A stretch of DNA of 64,000 bases from Octopus vulgaris (lineage: Eukaryota), in NCBI GenBank assembly GCA_951406725.2, contig OX597818.1, positions 4,712,001 through 4,776,000 of the forward strand, read 5' to 3'. Made by a program: the position numbers and the translations under genes. The notes under the pieces were generated by a model, which saw only the letters and a list, made by a program, of their open reading frames with translations, was not told the DNA's origin and made no database searches. This document shows, piece after piece, positions 37,261 to 53,000 of the stretch; position 1 is the first letter of the stretch; the number at the start of each line of letters is the position of its first letter.

Positions 37261-38664
37261 AGTTAAGTATCAGCTGTGTCTATTGTGTTTTCGCTTGCCA
37301 GCTAAAATTCAAGTTCATATTGTTTCTGCCACAGAACTATGGCTAGTTGCTTGCCGATGTTCTCAATCCCTGACAACAATTTGGCTTGGGTGCTTAAATT
37401 TACTTTCATATCTGAACACAGTGATTCAGACACAATTCCATGGCTGTAAGTTGATGGTTGGGACCATGCCACTTTTCTCCTACATGAATGATAACATAAA
37501 ACTTGTAGAAACGGAAGTAATTAAAGTATGACCACGTTTCTTTGAAAATTACCAAAGGTGAACTTTTTCTATTCAGCACCTAATGTTTCAAGTTTTAAGT
37601 TTATTTCATTAAATGAACACTCTTTGAATGCAATTAATGTCTCAATATATTTTCTCAACTTCACTTTTTATGACGAGGGTAGGGTGCAATTATAAAAGAA
37701 ATGTTTCCTCAAACGAGTGTGAAAGTAATTAAACTATCTTGTGGAAAAAATATTTAAAAATAAATATTTATAAGATAAAATTAAATACTATTTAAGTTAC
37801 CGTTTCAGACATGAGAGCAACTGCTCTCATTTAACAAAATTTATAGATAAGAACTGTAAATGTCAAAGAAACCGAAAATGGGGATAACATTGGAAATCAA
37901 ATTGTGTTGCTTTTTCAATGAAATTATCGAAATATTTCAAAGTAAAGCGATTGTCAACAGTTCTCGGAAACATAATGTCAAGCAATATACATGTACTTCT
38001 GATAAGAATATTACAGCTAACTGTTTTCATGTATTTCATTTTCTGTCCCATTCTCTTTCTCTATGTGTACGCGTGTATACATACATACATACATACATAC
38101 ATGCATACATGCATACATGCATACATGCATACATACATACATGCATACATACATACATACATACATACATACATACATACATACATACATACATACATAC
38201 ATACATACATACATGTACACACACATTTTTCCTTTCTTAAAAATCATCTTTATTAAATTTTATATTTTTCATTGAATCTCGAAATTCTGTTTAATAAATT
38301 TCATTAAAATTTGATCAAATTGAAGTTAAATGATCGAAGACTAGTAAAGATAAATTGGCTTTCATTTTATACATTACATTTACTTCGTTTTTAAAATTGA
38401 TAACATGTCATTTCTTTTATTCACCGGCGCAATAGATATACTGAATTCGCAGGTGCTATTATTCCATTTTCTTGTTATTGTTGTTACACATTCACCGATC
38501 AGCTGATGTTCAAATAGTTAAAACTTTATGTTATTTTTATTTTTTTAACTATGAATTAATATCATATGTAAGACAGAGACGGATGTGATGTTGCAGCATC
38601 TTATATGCATGCGGTGTCATGTGATGGGCTTAAATTGTTTTATGTCGGCTTCGATAGTCTAGAA

Positions 38665-38959
38665 CGGAGGTTCTCAAACATTTTGGGCCACCTCCCCTTC
38701 ATAGCCACATGATAGCTTCAGCATCCCCACCTCTATTTTTATGCTTAAATAAATATATATTTAACTAATTTATATATACCAAGAATCATTTGTTATTTAA
38801 TATATTACATAATTTGTATACAATACTATAATAATATTATTGTCCTCCTCCCAAAGCCTCCTTTTTCTCTATCGCTCCTCCTAGGCACCATCGCCCACCT
38901 GGCCTGACTCAACTCCCACCGGGGGTGGGTGGCTGTAGCGCCCACTTTGAGAACACATG
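38665..38959. mobile_element. hAT-Charlie-type MITE
   Basis: Ends cggaggttctcaaa / tttgagaacacatg with a perfect 8-bp TSD gtctagaa (38657-38664 and 38960-38967). Confidence 0.85.
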
Positions 38960-40382
38960 GTCTAGAATAAGTGTAACATTTTTATACCCATAAGCGATAT
39001 GCAGACAAATGTCAGCAGTTCTAAAATACTAAAGATATATAAACATATGCATTCAGTTTGTGACATATTAAAATTTGCATTCGTTACATTCAGGTTTTTT
39101 TATTTACTTTCTGCAAGTAAGATGAATAGTCATAGCTATAGTAAGCCGATGACGTCTAATGTAAGAGTTTCATAGAAATTAAATATGTAAATTGACTTTA
39201 AGAGACTAATAGCTAATTTCTTCAAATTACAATACCTTTTCTTAAGGAGCTACAGACACCATCCGCTAGGGTTTTGATTTCTTTCTGCAGCTAAAAGGGT
39301 TTATATAATTTAGTGCATCACATTTTAACTATATAAATTCATTGCAATAACACGTTTCGGTTGTTTAGCTTAGCTCCAAACAAATATCAGGCTCTCTTTC
39401 CTATTAGTATGTAAATTAACTCTACAAGATTAGTTTTTAATTTCGGGAAATCATCTCCATTTTTTGCTCTTATTTTTGTGAATTACTTAAAACTGCCGGT
39501 AGGTTTTTGTTTCCTTTCTCTAACAAAGAAGGAAATTACATTTCATTATGAATTTTTTATGCACAGCATTTAAAAATAATGGTGAATGATTAAATAGAGA
39601 TTTAACTTCTATTTCTGACATGGCAAGCAAACACGTATAAACCGTTGTTAAATGTCATATGATTCAAAAACACATTTTATAGATCTATGTTGAATGGGTA
39701 TATTTAAAACAGTCCCTTTTTTTTCGAAAATTATTTACCTTCAAGAAACTTTAAGAAACATGAACAGAAGTAAGAACACATTGCAAAAAGCACAATCATA
39801 ATCATACAACCGGATATCCTTATACACATGTATATACATGTAAACCATACAGAAACATACATAAGCACACAAACACAAACATATATTGGGTTATCCCATA
39901 AATAATGCGGTTTATTTTATACTTCTTTTATTTTCCAAAATTAGGATGACATACATTGGTGAGACATCTGGAAGCATTGCGGATATACTAAATGGACATT
40001 TGAGACAATATGACGACAAAAAACAGTCCTCCATACTCTACCAACATTCCAAAGACCAACATGGAGACACACTGGGTCGACTTGACATCCGCATTTTATT
40101 CAAGCACCCGGAGGACCCAATACTCAGAAAAATACAGGAGTACGTACTCATAAATGTTACATCCCCAGTACTAAGTAGGAGATATACGTAGAAGTTAGCG
40201 ACACTTCAATACTCTCAGTTAATACATACACAGGTAGATTTGTTAGTAGGCGTAGTATATATATATCCTGACCAAAAGATTTTATTTTTAGATATACCTG
40301 GGGAACTTATATGTAATCATGATTTTTGTTTCGGCTTTTCTCCATGGGTGCATGTAAGTATCTTATGTATGTCTTTTCGTAT

Positions 40383-40444
40383 TTTCTACTGAAGTGGAAA
40401 AAATCTATTGTGAGATTAATTCCGAAATTGATTTAATATAGAAA
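40383..40444 (+). ncRNA. Hammerhead motif, repeat copy 1 (core CTGAAGT)
   Basis: tttcta-CTGAAGT-ggaa...ttcc-GAAA-ttgatttaATA-tagaaa. Confidence 0.55.
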
Positions 40445-40887
40445 TAACGAACTTTTTAAAAAACTTCTATTGGTTGGCTTTCCTCGTTTTCAGCTCTACG
40501 TGTTTTCTATAGCGAGTAAATAATACGTGGAAATTGACGATTTAAAAGTCTGTTATCAGCATATTGGCATAGAAATAATTTTCTTTAGCCCTTATTTATA
40601 AGTTGTTTATAATTTTAACCTTAAAGGTATTTTAATATGCTGCCACATTTTTTGATGGAATTTTTTTCTGTAAAAAAACTTCATCCCATATTAGTAGTAG
40701 ACTTATTACTACTCGCTATAGGGACTGGTAACCACTATAAGCTGTAGTGGAGAACAGTTCACACGTGTGCTGAGGCTGACCAAAGGATTTTATTTTGAGA
40801 TATACCTGGGGTACTTATATGTAATCATGATTTTTGCTTCGTTTTTTTTTCCATTGGCGCATGTAAGTATGTTATGTATTTTCGTAT

Positions 40888-40950
40888 TTTCTACTGAAGA
40901 GGAAAAATTCTATTATGAGATTAATTCTGAAATTGATTCAATAAAAAAAT
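40888..40950 (+). ncRNA. Hammerhead motif, repeat copy 2 (core CTGAAGA intact, stem I eroded)
   Basis: cta-CTGAAGA-ggaa...ttct-GAAA-ttgattcaATA. Confidence 0.55.
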
Positions 40951-41110
40951 AACGAACTTTTAAAAAAAATTCTATTGGCTGGCTTTCCTCGTTTTCAGCT
41001 CTACGTGTTTTCTGTAGCGAGTAAATAATATGTGGAAATTGATGATTTAAAAGTGTGTTATCAGCATATTGGCATTTTCTTTCGCCCTTATTTATAAGTT
41101 GTTTATATAT

Positions 41111-41141
<31 letters not shown>

Positions 41142-41509
41142 CTAGCAGTATCGCCCGGCGTTGCTCGGGTTTGTAAGGGAAATAACTATAAAGCATTTTT
41201 AGATAGTTATAGCCAAAATATAGCAAAGAAACGGGGAAAAAAATGATGGTAAATTTTTTTTAAGAGTGAAAAAGGTGGAGTTGCGTCCCCTAAACAGTCT
41301 GTGGTTTGTGTTTCTGATTCTCGACCCCATGTCGAATTTATCGATTTTTTTCAGAACTGGGGGAACTTTTCAAAATTTTCGCTGCGTTAGTTTTGAATTA
41401 TGACATTGGGCTATGTGTGTGTCAAGTTTCATCAGAATCGGTTGAAAGCCGTGGTCAGAGTGAGGGTACAAGCAAACAGACACACAGAAACACACACAGA
41501 CAAACTTCC

Positions 41510-41515
<6 letters not shown>
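41142..41515 (-). mobile_element. Non-autonomous Helitron-like element (Lep1-like) inserted in (TA)n
   Basis: The minus-strand 3' end has the hairpin cccgag-caacg-ccggg followed by CTAG|T. An internal 'aagtttcatcagaatcggtt..acagac' block is present. Confidence 0.65.
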
Positions 41516-41556
<41 letters not shown>

Positions 41557-43472
41557 TTTATAAATCGGTGAATGGATATATCTAAACAGGTAGATATGTA
41601 GAAGATAGATTGGTACATAGGTAATACGAACAGATATGCACGCACACACGTACACATATACATACATAAAAGAAGACTGAAATACGTGACCATATACACG
41701 CACGCATACTTCACACACACACATACTTCACACACACACATACTTCACACACACACACACACACACATAACGACCCACGGAGACACATCCATGCATAACA
41801 GACGCACGTGCATAGTCACAGAATCCATACACATAGATACACTTCAACATGTGCACACAAGGAGACAGGTACACACACAAATACACACACGCACACACAA
41901 AAGCACGAACAGGAACACACAGACACATGAATATGCAGAATACATACATACAAACGTACACATACGTATACATATATATGCATATACACACACGTACATA
42001 CATGCATATGTGCATACACATACACACTAATGCGCACACATGCGCACAAACAAAAAAGAAGCAACTTCGATAACGGAGAGAGTCAACGGCTATTGAAGAA
42101 GTTGCAAGTAGCAACGAAAGTTTTAGAAAAAATAAATACGTAAATGAGTGGAAATCGAACCGGTGAGTGTGCTAATCAAAAAGGCATTAAAACAAAATGA
42201 CTCTCCCCAGACAGAATAAAAGATAAACAAAGCTTTTTTTGAATCTAAAATATACTCTCCTTCATCCATCTTTCTGGTAGACTTGCAAGGGCCCCTCTTC
42301 CAAAATTCACTTGTCCGTGACGAAGAATAATCCTCCCACCAGTTCTCTTCTGACATCGTCTACAAAATTCATGTTTTTCCGTCTAAGTGATTTTGCAGAC
42401 TGCGGAAGAATTGATAATCAGATGGGGCAATGTTTGGCGAATATGGTGGCTGGGGTATCGTTTCACATTCAAATTCCTCCAGCCTTTGGAATGTCACCCT
42501 TGCTGTTTGTGGCCGAGCATTATCCTGATGGAAGAACACCTTTTGTCTTGAAACTAAAGATGGTAGTTTTTCTTCTGGCGCTAACTTAAGCCGCTCAAGC
42601 AGCTTGCAGTAGAACTCTTTTATTATCGTTTGGTTTGGGCTTAAAAGTTCAAAGTGGAATAAAGCTTTTATATCCCAACAAACAGATAACAACACCTTAC
42701 GTGGGTGAAGACCGTCTTTAGGCTGGGGCGTCGGTATTTCTCTTTTCCCTACCTACTGTCTTCGGCGCTTCACATTTTTATAGAGAACCCATTTCTCGTC
42801 ACTAGTCACTATTCGGTTAAAAAAAGGTTCATTCGTGAAATGTGACAACAAAGAAGAACATACATTCACTCTCTGCGCGCGATTAGACTCGGAAAGTTTG
42901 TGAGGAAACCATTGATCCAATTTGCTGACTTTTCCGATGGTACGCAGGTGTCGATGAATGGTTGAATGACCAAATCAAAGTTCTCTACTAGTTCCTCAAC
43001 AGTTACGTTGGGATTTTGTTCCGCTAGTGTTTGCAGGACGTCCTCGTCGAGCTCTACCGATCTTCCAGGACGAGGCTCGTCTTCTAGGCTGTAATTTCTG
43101 GCTCGAAATCTCTGGAACCACCGTTGACAATGGCTTACACTTATTGTCCGATCCCCATATACTGCAGCAGTATTCCTCGCAATTTCCGTTGCATTGTTGC
43201 CTTTATCGAACTCATAAAGCAAAATATGTCGAATATGCTGCTTTGTCACTTTCATTATAGCTTTGAAAAAAATAACTGTTAAAATCGAACTGCACTCTTC
43301 AAAACTTGCATTAAGAGTAAGGACAAGGTAAAATTACTACCTGCTTTTATAGCAAGTTGATACAGGTAGGTTATCCTGTCCCCACCCCGACTTTTAGTTC
43401 ATGCAATTGAAGTAACCGCATTATTTATGGGATGACCCAATATATACATAAGTAAATATCCATACACGCACA

Positions 43473-43551
43473 TACATTGTCGCCAAGAGATCCCAAGTTA
43501 ACTCGTAAGAGATTTGATCGAATCTCCTTGGGATTGCTTGGCGACAATGTA
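43473..43551. repeat. ~79-bp palindromic mini-MITE / hairpin flanked by TA
   Basis: tacattgtcgccaag..atcccaag ... cttgggat..cttggcgacaatgta, with an inner gagatt/aatctc stem. Confidence 0.7.
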
Positions 43552-43674
43552 ACCATCATTTAACTAAAGTATCTTCGACCTGAAGAGTAGCTACTGGAGT
43601 ACCCCTCGTCGAGTAATTATTATTTCCGAAGTTATGCTAGCCTGGATTTTACCTGCTCCATTCCCTCAATTTGG

Positions 43675-43714
<40 letters not shown>

Positions 43715-45490
43715 CGTCGTATCTAGGAAGAATCATTATGTCAATAGTAATAACACACGCACTTGTTCAATTCCACTCCTTTATTATTAATCAATTGGTT
43801 AAATTAATCGATCGTTTGTTTTATTTGTTGATTAAAGAGTCATTGTTTTGTTTTTTGTTTTCCGCCGAAATTCTTTTGATGCCATTTGCAACCTTTTCAA
43901 TACCTTATTTCTTAGTTTGTTACAGAGGTCGCGTTTATCTGCCTGAGACCTTATTGCTTGTATATGTGTAGAATATAGTCGGTGTGTATGTGTGGGATTT
44001 TCTGCTTGGGCATGTGCGTGCGTATGTATTAATACCTGTGTCCATGTGTGTGTGTGTGTGCGTGCGTATGTGTGCATATATGTGTACGTGCGTATGTATG
44101 TATGTATGTATGTATGTATGTATGTATGTATGTATGTATGTATGTATGTATGTGTGTGTACGTGCGTGCGTGTGTGTGTGCGTGTGAACGCCTGCTTCCG
44201 TGTGAGTGCCTGTGTATGTCTGCGCGTGTGTGTGTATGTCTTGTATATATATATGTATGTGTGCCTGTGCATGTACATTTAATGTGCATGTATATACGTG
44301 GTGAGTATGTGCATGTGGTTGTGTGCTTCTGTGTCCTTGTGTGTGTGTGTGCTTATGCGTGCGTGTATATCTGTACTACCTACTTACCTACCTACATATT
44401 TATTTGCCTATATTCCCACCTATCTACCTATCTAGTTAATCAACTAACACTCTATATAATTAAATTAACTACCTAAATACATACCTACTTATCTACCTGA
44501 CGGGTAGGTTAAAAAGTATTTTAAATGGATATAATTTTCTCCTATATAACTTAACTACATCATTTAAACTCTCCGCCTCGGAATATCAAACGTAACATGT
44601 CTTTGTCGACTCGCCAAAGAGTTTTCTTCTATCATCGATGTTTTGTTTGCCTGCACGCTCTGTTACCGGCTTATCTGAAATTGTTGGAGGATAACCTACT
44701 CATGTAGGTTAACCTAGTTAACTGTAGGTCGAACAGCTGATCGCATGACAGGTTTAATAGCGCTAGCTATCGCAATGTAGGTGGAATTTATACATAAAAT
44801 AGAAAGAAGTGGAATAGAGACTTCAATGTATCACGTTCGATACTATAACAACTTTTCTAATACTCTGGAACTGATGCTTATTTATTGACCCCAAAAGAAA
44901 GAAAAACAAAATTGGCCACGGTGAGCTTTGAACATCAAGTGCTTGAACGGATATCACAAGACAATTTTGTCGGCAGTTTAAATGATTTCCCCAATACACA
45001 ACCGCATATAAATTGTAAACAAAAAGAAAAAGCTCAAAGCCTCCACCCTCACACATGTGGATAACTGTAGTAGTGTTTGATATCTGACATTATACGTAGC
45101 ATTTACATTCTCGGTGAAAAATTAAGAGATAATATTCAACTTTGGTAATCTAAAATTTAATTATGAAGAGCATGGCGAAGATAAATTTTATATCATAGTT
45201 AATCGTCAAAGTGAGGTTTAAAAATTTCAATAATTCCCAAGTCTAATATAGCAATAACAAAATGAAGCAATAAGTTACTTTCATCTTAGATTTATCCTTC
45301 TTTTTGGCTTTGATTTCATAAATTGACAGCATACCTGTAAGATAAGCATGTTAGTGCAGTGAAATAATATTCTCGCTTGTGTCATTCTGCATATTTAGTA
45401 ACAAAGTCTTAATGTACAAAATGCATGTAGGGAGTGGGCAACATTTGGTATATCTGTTTTCTCGCAAACACACACAAACAAATGTATGTA

Positions 45491-45556
<66 letters not shown>

Positions 45557-46189
45557 CATAATATAATATGTATATAGTGTATATATAATATAATGTATCT
45601 AATTATGAAACTGAAGCAGCGCCAGAGTAATAAACATTATCAACCACATATACTTAACGTATGCGGCAAGTGTATTTGCAGGTAGGCTAAGAATTGGCGT
45701 GGTGAAGAATACTCTCTCAAAGCGCCGAGTGTTGAAACAGCTGAAAGTCATGAACAGGCGAGATAACTCATCTCTACTCCCATTTAGATATCAATGCTTT
45801 GCCATTTTTATGGTTTATCAACATCATGCACCCAAACAGGATCGGCGATGAATCATATCACGAGTCCACGACTTATATACATATATCGTGAAAACTATGT
45901 GCAGGTATGTCCGGATAATGCTTACGTAAGAATAAATTCAAATATGAAATAGAATCAGCGCTAGTATAGCAACATTATGAACCACATATACTAACGTATA
46001 TACTTCGTGTGGTTGATAATACAATATATTATAAATATGATATAATATAATATAATATATATATTAGGGTGTAGCGTTTTTTCGCGATTTTCAATTTCGT
46101 GCAGAAAAGTTGTGAATGCGACAATATCTTCTGTCTCCATAAATGCAACGAAAACTGGAAAAAGTGTAAAAAACGCCATTACGTAATTA

Positions 46190-46506
46190 TTAGCTATGAA
46201 ATACTGCTTTCATTGCATCTTCTTTTAAATGACTGTGATGAAATTACTCTAAAGTACGACTTTAACATGTCTTTTTTCTGTGACTTCATCTTCTGCCTCC
46301 ACAAGCGCCTCAAAATATGCAAAAATATCGTAAATTTTGCAATTTATCAAATTCAGAAAATTTCTCATGTAAATTACAATATACCCCCGTCCCTCCTTGT
46401 GGAGGCAGAAGATGAAATCACAGAAAAATCATGTTTAGGTCGTATTTTAGAGTAATTTCACCACAGTCATTTAAAAGATGCAATGAAAACTGTATTTTAT
46501 AGCTAA
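46190..46506. mobile_element. MITE with ~115-bp terminal inverted repeats
   Basis: 46190-46305 is an imperfect reverse complement of 46396-46506. Confidence 0.75.
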
Positions 46507-46583
46507 CTAGACTACCCGTGACTCGTTGGGTAACCTGGAAGCTCTGAGTTTCCCAGCAACAGAGTTTTGTTTCGTGGTTTGGA

Positions 46584-46700
46584 AAGATTTGGCTGCTATT
46601 TCTTGCACGTCCTGCTATCACGTAACAGGTATTTCGGGTCCTTTATCGCAAATAGCTGTTACGTGGTAGCAGGGCGTGCTAGAAATAGCGACGAGATCTT
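46584..46700. repeat. ~50-bp-stem hairpin built from a common 'gatttggctgctatttctagc' repeat
   Basis: The arms aagatttggctgctatttcttgcacgtcctgctatcacgtaacaggtattt and aaatagctgttacgtggtagcagggcgtgctagaaatagcgacgagatctt are complementary. Confidence 0.8.
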
Positions 46701-47249
46701 TGGATGTAAGATACTTTGAATGCACTCGAAAAAAACTCTTTCACACTGAGGTTACAAACGGGTCTTTTATGAAATATCTACCGTATTTTAAAAGTCATTT
46801 TCACTTTAGAATCTTTTTTTAAACATATCAAAAACATTTGTAATGGTATTCACTTGAAAATAATTTTAAAAAAAACATTAAAATATTGTCCGTTTAAGCC
46901 TTGGTCTACCAGAGAAAATGTATGTCACTAATAACCAGCTGTAGTAAGATTTAGGAACTGAAGGGAAGCGGAATTGAGTTTAGCCTTAAATGGGAAATAA
47001 TAAGAAAAGCGCAGCTTTATAGAAATAGTAGATGCGGTTGTGAATTGTGCTCTATGGAAACATGAAATTTTAAAGCGTAAAGACAAGGGTAACCTGATTA
47101 ACAATATATTAGACATAGTGTCACCCGTACTTTTAGATATTTTCGAAAGTAGCACTTTATAGGTCTTGCGCTCGAACTGAATTGATGGAAACTAACTTTT
47201 AATATTTTTAGTGTTGGATCTAATTATTCTTACCCTCTAGTTCTATATA

Positions 47250-47461
47250 TTCTTTTATTCTTTTATTCTCTTACTTGTTTCACTCATTTCATTGCGGCCA
47301 TGCTGGAGCACCGCCTTTAGTCGAGCAAATGGACCCCAGGACTTATTCTACGGAAGCCTAGTACTTATTCTATCGGTGTCTTTTGCCGAACCGCTAGGTT
47401 ACGGGGACGTAAACACACCAGCATCGGTTGTCAAGCGATGTTAAGGGGGGGACAAACACAG

Positions 47462-47556
<95 letters not shown>

Positions 47557-47736
47557 CATGTATATTTATACACATATATATATATACATATACACGACGG
47601 GATTCTTTCAGTTTCCGTCTACCAAATCCACTCACAAGGCTTTGGTCGACCCGAGGCTATAGTAGAAGACACTTGCCCAAGGTGCCACGCTGTGGGACTG
47701 AACCCGGAACCATGTGGTTCGTAAGCAAGCTACTTA
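47250..47736 (-). mobile_element. tRNA-derived CORE-like SINE (octopus-type) with internal (CA)n/(TA)n
   Basis: Minus strand has the B box gggttcagtcc, a CORE-like 'gcaccttgggcaagtgtctt' block and an A-rich (AAAGAAT) tail. Confidence 0.8.
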
Positions 47737-48309
47737 AAATACTTTGTATATAATATAAACTATATAGTATAGTAAGTTAGTGTGATACATGGAGTTAGTA
47801 TACTATCCTATGAATATTACTGCCTAATTAGTCAAACTTCATCATGTTTTAGTAATTAATTCTATTTATCCCTTTCTATAATGTCCCACCCTCCTGATCA
47901 TACTATTATTTTTATAAAGGCCTTTATGTAAGTAGCCCTCCTAATTAAGTACCATTAAGCAACTATATTATCATGCATGTATTAATACTAGAAACTTTTA
48001 AAACTTATATTATACCTCTCAGTTTATAATTAATATATAGTTAGCATGTTCTATAGCCTCAATATTCCTCTAGTAAATACCAGGTATCAGTCTTTATAGA
48101 TATCACCTAATAAATAAATAATTTTAGTTTAAATGATCGAATTATTAAACAAATTCTATATAATTTTCTCTTCTCATTTGATGGTAATAAGGTATATATA
48201 CTTCATCATGGTTTTTAGTGATTAAACTGTTTATTCCTTTCTATGGTGTTCTATCCTACTGATCATATTATTTTTATAAAAGTCTTTACGTAAGTAAACC
48301 TAATTTGAA

Positions 48310-49420
48310 AAGATTCCTAGACAGTTGTTTCATACTCTGGAATGAAAACACAGATAAATTCCAAAATTTCAAAAGCCTATTGAACAGCGTCAACTACAGT
48401 TCACAATGGAGTACAACCAAAAGGAGCTTCCATTCTTAAATATACTAATTAAAAAATAAACCAAAAATACAAACGGATATATTTTACAAAACCACAGACA
48501 CCAAACAATATCTACTGTTTAATTCATGCCACCCAGGACACATCAAAACAAACATCCCCTGCAACCTTGCAAGAAGGATTTGCACAATAGTGACAACAAA
48601 ATACAGAAACCTAAGACTGCAAGAACTCAAAAACACCCTAACCGACAGACACTACCCAGCTAAATTCATAGAGGATGGAATCAGACATGCAACACAAATC
48701 GACATAGAAACCTTAAGAAAAGTTCAACACAGCAACACACCTTCCCCGAAAATACTGCCATACATATCCACATACAACCCCAGAAACAAAGAAGCCTTCA
48801 CCATCATCACCCACAGTTTACCAATGCTACATAATTATCCCAAATTAAAGGAAATTTTACGCATACATAAAATCATTAAAAGCTACAAATAACCGAAATC
48901 ACTAAAAAAGATCCTCACAAAGGCAAAATTATTTTCTAAAATAACGGATGCAAAAGTGAAAAAATGTAGTAGACCAAATTGCGCAACATGTCCAAAACCT
49001 AGAAGGATCAGAATTTCTCTTCAAAGAGGGACAAAAATTCAATATCAAATCTGACTTCACTTGTGCTTCAGAAAACCTGATTTATGTCATAAGATGCTCG
49101 GGCTGCCACCGAAACTACATAGAGTCCACGGGATTATTGCTCAGACGCAGATGCACTCTGCAGCGACAGCAGATTGCATTCCCAGAATACAGTATGATAC
49201 CCTTTAGTGAACGTATTGAGAAATGCGCAAAGCAACTGCTACCATAATTTGTAATCTTTCCATTCTATCAATGTACCATTGGAACACCAACACAAGTTAG
49301 ATTAAATAAGGAAACCTTCTTCATTGAAGCCCAAACTTAACCATTTCTAACATTTTTAAATAAGGAAACTCACCTCACTAAAAAATATAAAGCAAAACCT
49401 AACCACTTGTAACATTCTAT
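48310..49420 (+). mobile_element. Penelope-like element: RT thumb and GIY-YIG (Neptune/Naiad-like), degenerate
   Basis: FTMEYNQKELPFLNI, YKTTDTKQYLLFNSCHPGHIKTNIP, CSRPNCATCP and FTCASENLIYVIRCSGC..NYI. Confidence 0.85.
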
Positions 49421-50293
49421 TCCTTCTAAACCAAATCATGTTAAATTAATCAAGCCTAGTCATTCCCAACATGTTTGATTATCTCCCTTATACCGGAAAA
49501 ATCCCTGATTACCTTCCCCTGCCTGGACCTCCATATTTCACAACATAGCGAAGATATGACACGATATAGGTAAAGAAATTTGAGAAAATTGAAAAGAATA
49601 TACGAAACCGGTTATTTCTCCAAAAACTATGTTACTATACGCAAAATGTTATAACATTTTTCTAACACAACGATTTAAATATATTCTTTAACCCTATAAC
49701 ACAAGTCTTCTGTAGTTTTTTCACTTTTTTATCTTTTATACATCCAACCAAACGCTTTTTATATATATAAGAATACACACACACACACACACACACATAA
49801 TTACAGCAGTATCAGCGCCGTGCAGTGTTCAGGTATAACCGAACATTAGGTTAGTTAAACATGTTTGTGATATATTTCAACTTTTAACGGCAAATTCACT
49901 GCAGTTACCGTGGAGAAAAAATTCTCTCTTATGATAAAAAGGTGTAAGAACATCACATCTGTTCAGTGCTTCCCGCTGTTGAATTCCCAGACGCGTTTGT
50001 AGCTCTTTAGCCGTTATCATTCGGAAATACCGAAGAAAGGCAACTCTTTTCTTAAATTCGTAGCTTTAACTAAAACACAGTTAACAACATTGACTGCTTT
50101 ACACCAGAAAAAATTACAGCAGTAGCAGCTCCAAAGAGAAGTTATGCATAAGCGAACTTTAGGTTAGTTAAAATGTGTTTGTGACATATAATTTAATATA
50201 ACATGATATAATACTTATGTTTTATTAATGATATATCTGTCTAAATATATTTATGATTTATGTGTGTATACACACTCGTGTGTGCACACACAG

Positions 50294-50333
<40 letters not shown>

Positions 50334-50959
50334 AAATATTGAACGATGAAAATGAGTGCTCAACATCGCATTGATGGATACAATTTCTTTATTTTTAAAT
50401 TAAGGCTACCATTCGTTTCATGTTAAGGAAAGTAGGAAAATTTCATAGTGTCTTAACAATTTTTCAAGCCGATTACATGGAAAAGACGTTTTAAGTTATG
50501 CATACGCACACGCACAAATATATGATAGCGTTTGTTCATATGTGTGCTCGCAAGTGTGTGTTGTTTGTGCGTGTGTTTATGTGCCACATGTATTTGTGTG
50601 TATGACTGTTTACTTACATAAATAACAGGATGAGAAAGGATGGAAGTAGAGGAACAGAAGTTATATATAAAGCAAATATTTGTAAATCCAAGTGTACGTT
50701 AGCATTTGATTGCGTATGCGGGTGCATTTGTGTATATGTGTGCTTATTTATCTCTATATCTGACATTTAACATTCACTGAAGTACAGACAAGGCGTGTAA
50801 CATATCTTCATATGTTCTCAAGTAATTGAAGTAAATGTATTAGCGATCTATAAAAATTGCCGAACTGTGCTTTATACCCAACAAATTTCAAGTTATCTGA
50901 TCACTACATATCAAAATCTACAGATATATTCTTGCCAGTCGAATGCTAAGATATTTAAT

Positions 50960-53000
<2,041 letters not shown>

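Larger units (their letters stand above)
39945..41105 (+). mobile_element. PLE GIY-YIG fragment with two direct pLTR-like repeats (40268-40610 and 40777-41105)
   Basis: TYIGETSGSIADILNGHLR...LYQHSKDQH; the two ~330-bp direct repeats each contain a hammerhead motif. Confidence 0.75.
39886..43440 (-). mobile_element. Mariner element split by a ~2.3-kb nested insertion (~39949-42220)
   Basis: TA-flanked TIRs ttgggttatcccataaataatgcg (39886) and cgcattatttatgggatgacccaa (43440). Transposase ORFs are 42866-43255 and 42369-42695 (HQDNARP, PPYSPNIAPSDY). Confidence 0.88.

Noticed and set aside
37860-38275. ORFs rich in YIHT/MYVC/IYIY repeats (also 41370-42114, 43832-44476, 47428-47724 and 50911-53131)
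   Set aside because: They are translations of (TACA)n, (TA)n and (CA)n microsatellites.
43575-43640. CTGAAGAG hammerhead-like start (similar partial motif at 52415-52452)
   Set aside because: There is no properly placed GAAA and stem III here, and the 52415 copy lacks an intact CTGAnGA core.
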